In this document: positions 59,446-64,000 of the stretch, in pieces
How the letters are laid out: the number at the start of each line of letters is the position of its first letter
How positions within the stretch are numbered: position 1 is the first letter of the stretch
NCBI GenBank assembly: GCA_963805855.1
Contig: CAWDVW010000007.1
Location: 224,001 to 288,000, forward strand
Direction: 5' to 3'
DNA length: 64,000 bases
Source: Candidatus Dadabacteria bacterium
Lineage (GTDB): Bacteria > Desulfobacterota_D > UBA1144 > Nemesobacterales > CSP1-2
Made by a program: the position numbers and the translations under genes
Notes under the pieces: generated by a model
Told to the model about the DNA's origin: nothing
The model's input: the letters and a program-made list of their open reading frames with translations, nothing else
Database searches by the model: none

Positions 59446-59664
59446 TTATTTTGAGCCTATCTTTCCTTTTAAAAATATCTTAATGAATTGTTACCGCTTC
59501 CCCACACTAAAGCAATCCGGTCGATTAGATTCAAGACCTATAAAAAACTAGCTAACCGGATTAGAGACAGAGACTCAATATCTCGAATATTGAGCCAACG
59601 TATGCATTCGTCATTTGAACAGAAGTTATATGGATCAACTCAATTTTAACTTTCCGAAGATGAC

Positions 59665-61374
59665 TTATCTCATCAATGATGCGGTTTCCACTTCGGTAGA
59701 GTATCTCTTTATACCGGAGTATATTCCTCCGGCAATTTCGTTGACATAACTCTGGTTTCTTAATCTCTTTTCCTCCCGCGGATTAGTGATGAATGAAGAT
59801 TCCACGAGAATGCTGGGTATATCAGCCCCAATTAAAACAATGAAAGGTGCTTTCTTCACACCCTTATTGTTAACTGGCTTGTAGTTACTTGATACGTTTG
59901 AAACTACAGATGTTTGAACATGATTTGCGAGTCGTTTTGACTCTTCGATCTTTGAGCTGAGTATATATTTTTGAATAATGTTCTTTAAGTCACTGAGGCC
60001 TCTTGTTGTTGTTGCATTTTCCCTGGCAGCTACAGAGAGCGCGTCTGGGTCCTTAGTGAAGCTCAGAATGTATGTCTCAATTCCGTATGCATTCTTATTT
60101 CTTGCAGCGTTGCAGTGAATAGAAACGAAGAGGTCGGCATTTAGCTTCTTGGCGATTGCAGTTCTTTCTTCTAATGGAATAAACCGATCATCACTTCTAG
60201 TAAGAAACACCCTTGTGATTCCTATTTTATTTCCGTTCTGTTCAATTTTCGATTTTAATGCTTTTGCAATCTTTAAATTTACATCCTTTTCCTTAAGACC
60301 GGTAGGTCCTAATGCTCCGGTATCGTGTCCTCCATGGCCGGGGTCAATCACAATTGTTTTAACCTTGAGACCCAGTGCTCCTCTTAGAGTTGAAATATCC
60401 TCACCGTCCCTTGGGAGGGAGGCTACAGTTTTATCGTCTTTAGAGTCTTCGTCCTTAGCAAATAATTGATCTCTGTTCGACCCGTCTCCATCTATATCCA
60501 TTACTATTCTGAAGGGATTGGTTAATGAAAATACCCGATAGTCTTCGAAGCTCCTGATATAAAGAACAACCCTGACCTTGTCGGGCGTGTTCCTGCCGAA
60601 TTTTATCTCTTCAAGCAATCCTTTATCTACTGGCGGTACGGCCAGACCCTTTTCAACTGTTGTGCCAAGAATGTCGACCAATAGCCTGGGCGGCTTACCC
60701 AATTCTGGGTCTGGTTTTAAGAAGTATGACTTGTACGGCATTTCCTTATCGAGGTGGATAACCACCCTCGTTTTTGTGTCTGTCGACCATTGTCTGATTT
60801 CCCTGACTTTTACCAATCCGTCATTTTTTTCTTTATTGGCCAGGGCTTTCTCTTGTTTAGATGGTTTAAACGGTGATAGCTCCTTTAATTTTTCGTTGGC
60901 CGCATACACCATATCGCCATCCGGGAAATCTTCACTTACACTTTCGTATTCCAGGTATGCTTGTTTTTTGTCCCATCCCTCGATTATCCTTGCCTTTCTG
61001 ATCTGCGCGTCGTCTGCTAGATTACTTTTTGGATATGCCCTTGTAAAAAGAGTTGAACGATCGATCGATTTTTCAAGGTCTTCGCGGGAGTTAAATCTGT
61101 TCCCCATCTCTTCATACATCTTTCCAGACAAGAAAAGGGAATTTGGAGCTATTGTACTTTCCGGATTATCAAGATAGATGCTGTAAAAGGCTCTCGCTAA
61201 TAGATCCCAAATCTCGGGGTCCTTTGCCTTCTCCGGGTCGGTCGTGAGGTTTTTGTATAGGTTCATGGTCTCGTTAAATTGTTCTTCGGCCTGATCAATA
61301 CCGAGTGCGGTGTCTTTTATGAAAAGCACGGTTAGAAGAAGGTATAAACTTAAAGCAATTGTGTTACTTTTCAT
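59665..61374 (-). CDS. N-acetylmuramoyl-L-alanine amidase (TPR + AMIN + Amidase_3)
   Basis: VIDPGHGGHD, LKEK, FVSIHCNA, PSILVE; AMIN-like RVVI/PPRLLVD; signal peptide. Confidence 0.92.
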   Translation of the reverse strand: MKSNTIALSLYLLLTVLFIKDTALGIDQAEEQFNETMNLYKNLTTDPEKAKDPEIWDLLARAFYSIYLDNPESTIAPNSLFLSGKMYEEMGNRFNSREDLEKSIDRSTLFTRAYPKSNLADDAQIRKARIIEGWDKKQAYLEYESVSEDFPDGDMVYAANEKLKELSPFKPSKQEKALANKEKNDGLVKVREIRQWSTDTKTRVVIHLDKEMPYKSYFLKPDPELGKPPRLLVDILGTTVEKGLAVPPVDKGLLEEIKFGRNTPDKVRVVLYIRSFEDYRVFSLTNPFRIVMDIDGDGSNRDQLFAKDEDSKDDKTVASLPRDGEDISTLRGALGLKVKTIVIDPGHGGHDTGALGPTGLKEKDVNLKIAKALKSKIEQNGNKIGITRVFLTRSDDRFIPLEERTAIAKKLNADLFVSIHCNAARNKNAYGIETYILSFTKDPDALSVAARENATTTRGLSDLKNIIQKYILSSKIEESKRLANHVQTSVVSNVSSNYKPVNNKGVKKAPFIVLIGADIPSILVESSFITNPREEKRLRNQSYVNEIAGGIYSGIKRYSTEVETASLMR

Positions 61375-61505
61375 CTTAAGCGTTGCATTATATTATATTT
61401 TTGGTGATTTGTAAACCATTATTTTTACTTCTTAAGAAAATTTTTTGAATTTTGATTTTTGGGTTTACTTTGCAATGGTAGTAAGTTAATGCTAAATTTG
61501 GTTCC

Positions 61506-62273
61506 ATGAGGGTCATAATGCTTGGCTGTGCCACGTCCACCGGGGTTCCAATTATCGGTTGTGGCTGTTCGGTTTGTAGTTCGGATAATCCTAAGAATAA
61601 GAGAACTCGTTGTTCATTATTTATTGAAACAAGCGGGAAGAACATCTTAATTGACACATCGCCTGATCTGCGAATACAGGCCTTTAGGCACAATATAACA
61701 AGGATTGACGCCGTCTTGTATACCCATTCCCATGCCGACCATACTCATGGAATTGATGAGCTTAGGACTTACAATTTCATGAATAAGATGATTATTCCGT
61801 GCTACGGAGGTCCGCAGACAGTTTCAAACATCATGTCGAACTTTAAATATATTTTTGATGGGTCATTTCCGCCAGGTGGCAAACCCAAGCTATCGATAAC
61901 GGCTGTTGATGGTGATTTTGACATTGAAGGCATCAGGATTATTCCGATAGAACTTCAACATGCTGATTTGCTGATTCTTGGATACAGAATAGGGAACATG
62001 GCATATCTTACGGATTGTAGCGGTATTCCTGAAAGTTCAGTAGAAAGATTGGATGGGCTTGAGCTTCTGATAATAGACGCGCTCAGGTATAAACCTCATC
62101 CGGCACATCTGAGCGTGGATCAAGCGATACAGATTGTCAGAGAGATTAGGCCAAAAATCGCAGTGTTTACGCACATGGGTCATGAACTTGACTACGAAAA
62201 GCTTTCAAAGGAGCTTCCGGAAAACATTGAACCTGGCTATGATGGAATGGAGTTTGTTCTTAATGGCAGTTAG
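61506..62273 (+). CDS. PhnP-like metallo-beta-lactamase fold hydrolase
   Basis: TSTGVP-x-x-GC-x-C-x-x-C, THSHADHTHG, YLTD, THMGH. Confidence 0.9.
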   Translation: MRVIMLGCATSTGVPIIGCGCSVCSSDNPKNKRTRCSLFIETSGKNILIDTSPDLRIQAFRHNITRIDAVLYTHSHADHTHGIDELRTYNFMNKMIIPCYGGPQTVSNIMSNFKYIFDGSFPPGGKPKLSITAVDGDFDIEGIRIIPIELQHADLLILGYRIGNMAYLTDCSGIPESSVERLDGLELLIIDALRYKPHPAHLSVDQAIQIVREIRPKIAVFTHMGHELDYEKLSKELPENIEPGYDGMEFVLNGS

Positions 62274-62332
62274 TTTTCAACATGATTTTGTTTTGGTAAT
62301 CTTAGGTTAAAAAAACTGGACGAGGTAAGAAA

Positions 62333-63556
62333 ATGCAGGAAATCATGAAGGAGCTATTGCAACCTAACGGTTCAAAGATTATTTTGTGCGTACTCGATGG
62401 ATTGGGGGGACTTCCTATAAATGGAAAAACTGAATTAGAGGCAGCCTCAACTCCTTATTTGGATCACCTTGCGGGGAGGAGCGCTTGTGGGCTCCATGTC
62501 CCGGTGGCAACTGGCATAACTCCTGGAAGCGGTCCATCTCATCTCGGGCTTTTCGGCTACGATCCACTTAAGTATGAAATAGGCCGGGGGGTTTTGGAGG
62601 CTCTTGGCTTAGGCTTAGAGCTATCTCAGAACGATTTGGCAATAAGGGGTAATTTTGCGACTGTCAGATACGAAGGGGATAAGCCGATAATCATGGATCG
62701 AAGGGCGGGCAGGATACCGACCGAGGAAAATAAGAGGATTACCAAAGAGATTCGAAAAAAGGTTAAAGCCATAGATCAAGTAAAGGTTTCAATTACGTCG
62801 GGGATGGAGCACCGTTTTGTCCTTGTTCTTACCTTTCCTGAACCTCTATTGGCTGGTTCAGATGACATTTCAGACACCGATCCACAAAAGGAGGGTTTGA
62901 GTCCTCTCAGGCCCTTTGCACGAAGGAAGGAAGCAGATCGGGTAGTTAGTGTAGTGGACAGTTTAATAGACAAAATAAATCATGTCATAAAGGACGAGGC
63001 AGCGGCGAATCATATTCTCCTCAGGGGTTTTTCGGTTTATCCTAAGCTTCCAACTTTTAGTGAAGCATATGGACTTAAGGCGGCGGCGATTGCTGTTTAT
63101 CCTATGTATAGAGGTGTAGCCAGGCTGGTCGGCTTGAAAAACCTTGAGGTTAAAGATAGTACAATTGATGGCGAAATAGAGACACTCCGACGACATTTTG
63201 ATGAATTTGATTTTTTCTACTTTCATATCAAAAAGACAGATAGCTATGGAGAAGATGGTAATTTCGATGGAAAGGTCAAGGTAATTGAGGATTTTGATAG
63301 TCATGTACCTGATATTATTAGTCTAGAACCAGACGTATTCGTAGTTACAGGTGATCATTCTACACCTGCGATAATGAAATCACATAGCTGGCATCCTGTA
63401 CCGTTTCTCCTTTATTCTTCTAAGAATCGCGGTGCTTATGTTTCAGGCTTTTCTGAAAGGGAGTGTCTGAAAGGAGAGCTTGGCATATTCAGGGCCATCG
63501 AGGCAATGCCGCTTATTCTCTCGAACGCTGGTAGACTTCAAAAATATGGAGCCTAG
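62333..63556 (+). CDS. apgM: 2,3-bisphosphoglycerate-independent phosphoglycerate mutase (ApgM type)
   Basis: LDGLGG, TPGSGPSHL, GRGVLEALG, DRRAGRI, KKTDSYGEDG, TGDHSTP, HSWHPVP. Confidence 0.92.
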   Translation: MQEIMKELLQPNGSKIILCVLDGLGGLPINGKTELEAASTPYLDHLAGRSACGLHVPVATGITPGSGPSHLGLFGYDPLKYEIGRGVLEALGLGLELSQNDLAIRGNFATVRYEGDKPIIMDRRAGRIPTEENKRITKEIRKKVKAIDQVKVSITSGMEHRFVLVLTFPEPLLAGSDDISDTDPQKEGLSPLRPFARRKEADRVVSVVDSLIDKINHVIKDEAAANHILLRGFSVYPKLPTFSEAYGLKAAAIAVYPMYRGVARLVGLKNLEVKDSTIDGEIETLRRHFDEFDFFYFHIKKTDSYGEDGNFDGKVKVIEDFDSHVPDIISLEPDVFVVTGDHSTPAIMKSHSWHPVPFLLYSSKNRGAYVSGFSERECLKGELGIFRAIEAMPLILSNAGRLQKYGA

Positions 63557-63613
63557 ACTCTGAATCTTGCAATTTAGGGATGCTGTGCTAATTTAATTTC
63601 TCTGGAAATATCT

Positions 63614-63700
63614 GCCGAAGTGGCGGAATTGGCAGACGCGCTGTCTTGAGGGGGCAGTGCCCGAAAGGGCGTGCGGGTTCGACTCCCGCCTTCGGCACCA
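63614..63700 (+). tRNA. tRNA-Leu(GAG)
   Basis: Acceptor gccgaag/cttcggc, anticodon arm ctgtc-ttGAGgg-ggcag, long variable arm gccc-gaaa-gggc, GGTTCGACT, encoded CCA. Confidence 0.97.
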
Positions 63701-63711
63701 TTTGTTTCCTT

Positions 63712-64000
63712 TCTTGCAATGTCTTCACTCGTGAAGGCATACCAATCCAAAGTATAAGGACTGCATTCAGAAATGCATGCTTGAGAGCAGGCATAAAGGA
63801 CTTTAGATTCCATGACTTAAGACACACCTTTGCTAGTAGATTGGTAATGTCAGGTGTGGATTTGGTAACCGTATCAAAGCTTCTGGGGCATTCTTCAATT
63901 CAAATGACAATGAGATATGCTCACCCAACTCCAGAGAATTTTAAGCAGGCGGTTAAGGTTTTAGAAAGAAATGAGACATTATATGGCTTTGAAAGTGTTA
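63712..64000 (+). pseudogene. Tyrosine recombinase/integrase C-terminal fragment (not in the ORF track; runs off the window)
   Basis: Frame +1 reads SCNVFTREGIPIQSIRTAFRNACLRAGIKDFRFHDLRHTFASRLVMSGVDLVTVSKLLGHSSIQMTMRYAH... Confidence 0.9.

Noticed and set aside
59514-59595. Inverted repeats aatccggt/accggatt and ctcaatat/atattgag
   Set aside because: Single short hairpins; may be terminators or operators but cannot be assigned
60149-61177. 106-aa and 199-aa plus-strand ORFs
   Set aside because: Antisense to the amidase gene with no independent evidence; the same applies to the other short antisense ORFs in the track
63574-63827. Two 79-aa minus-strand ORFs
   Set aside because: Antisense to tRNA-Leu and the integrase fragment

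Overview
Bacterial chromosomal window of moderate GC. The gene style loosely suggests a Deltaproteobacteria/Dadabacteria-like lineage, but that is inference only. Most of it is housekeeping: hemW, dprA, ugd, topA, recG, sucAB, a GldAFG/DUF4340-type ABC operon, aspS, era, hisIE, rpoZ, an IspD/TarI-like cytidylyltransferase, an amidase, a PhnP-like hydrolase, apgM and tRNA-Leu(GAG). There are two surface-glycan loci. The first (1-7.9 kb) has a GT4, three atypical AlkP-superfamily proteins and two aldo-keto reductases; the second (53-59.4 kb) has a flippase, sulfotransferase, methyltransferase and GTs. Intergenic regions hold many palindromic repeats (GTAG-REP and GTCAT types), a broken RAYT transposase, an IS481-like end, and a C-terminal integrase fragment abutting the tRNA. 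Best leads: (1) a tandem pair of FmdB-like zinc-ribbon proteins, each split by a 75-aa segment; (2) a four-helix-bundle gene bracketed by inverted heptamer-repeat arms, with a possible empty cognate nearby; (3) the AlkP/AKR cluster with non-canonical catalytic residues; (4) a 3-kb yjbQ/GMC oxidoreductase cassette flanked by inverted copies of one repeat; (5) the tRNA-abutting integrase fragment. No CRISPR array or rRNA was seen.
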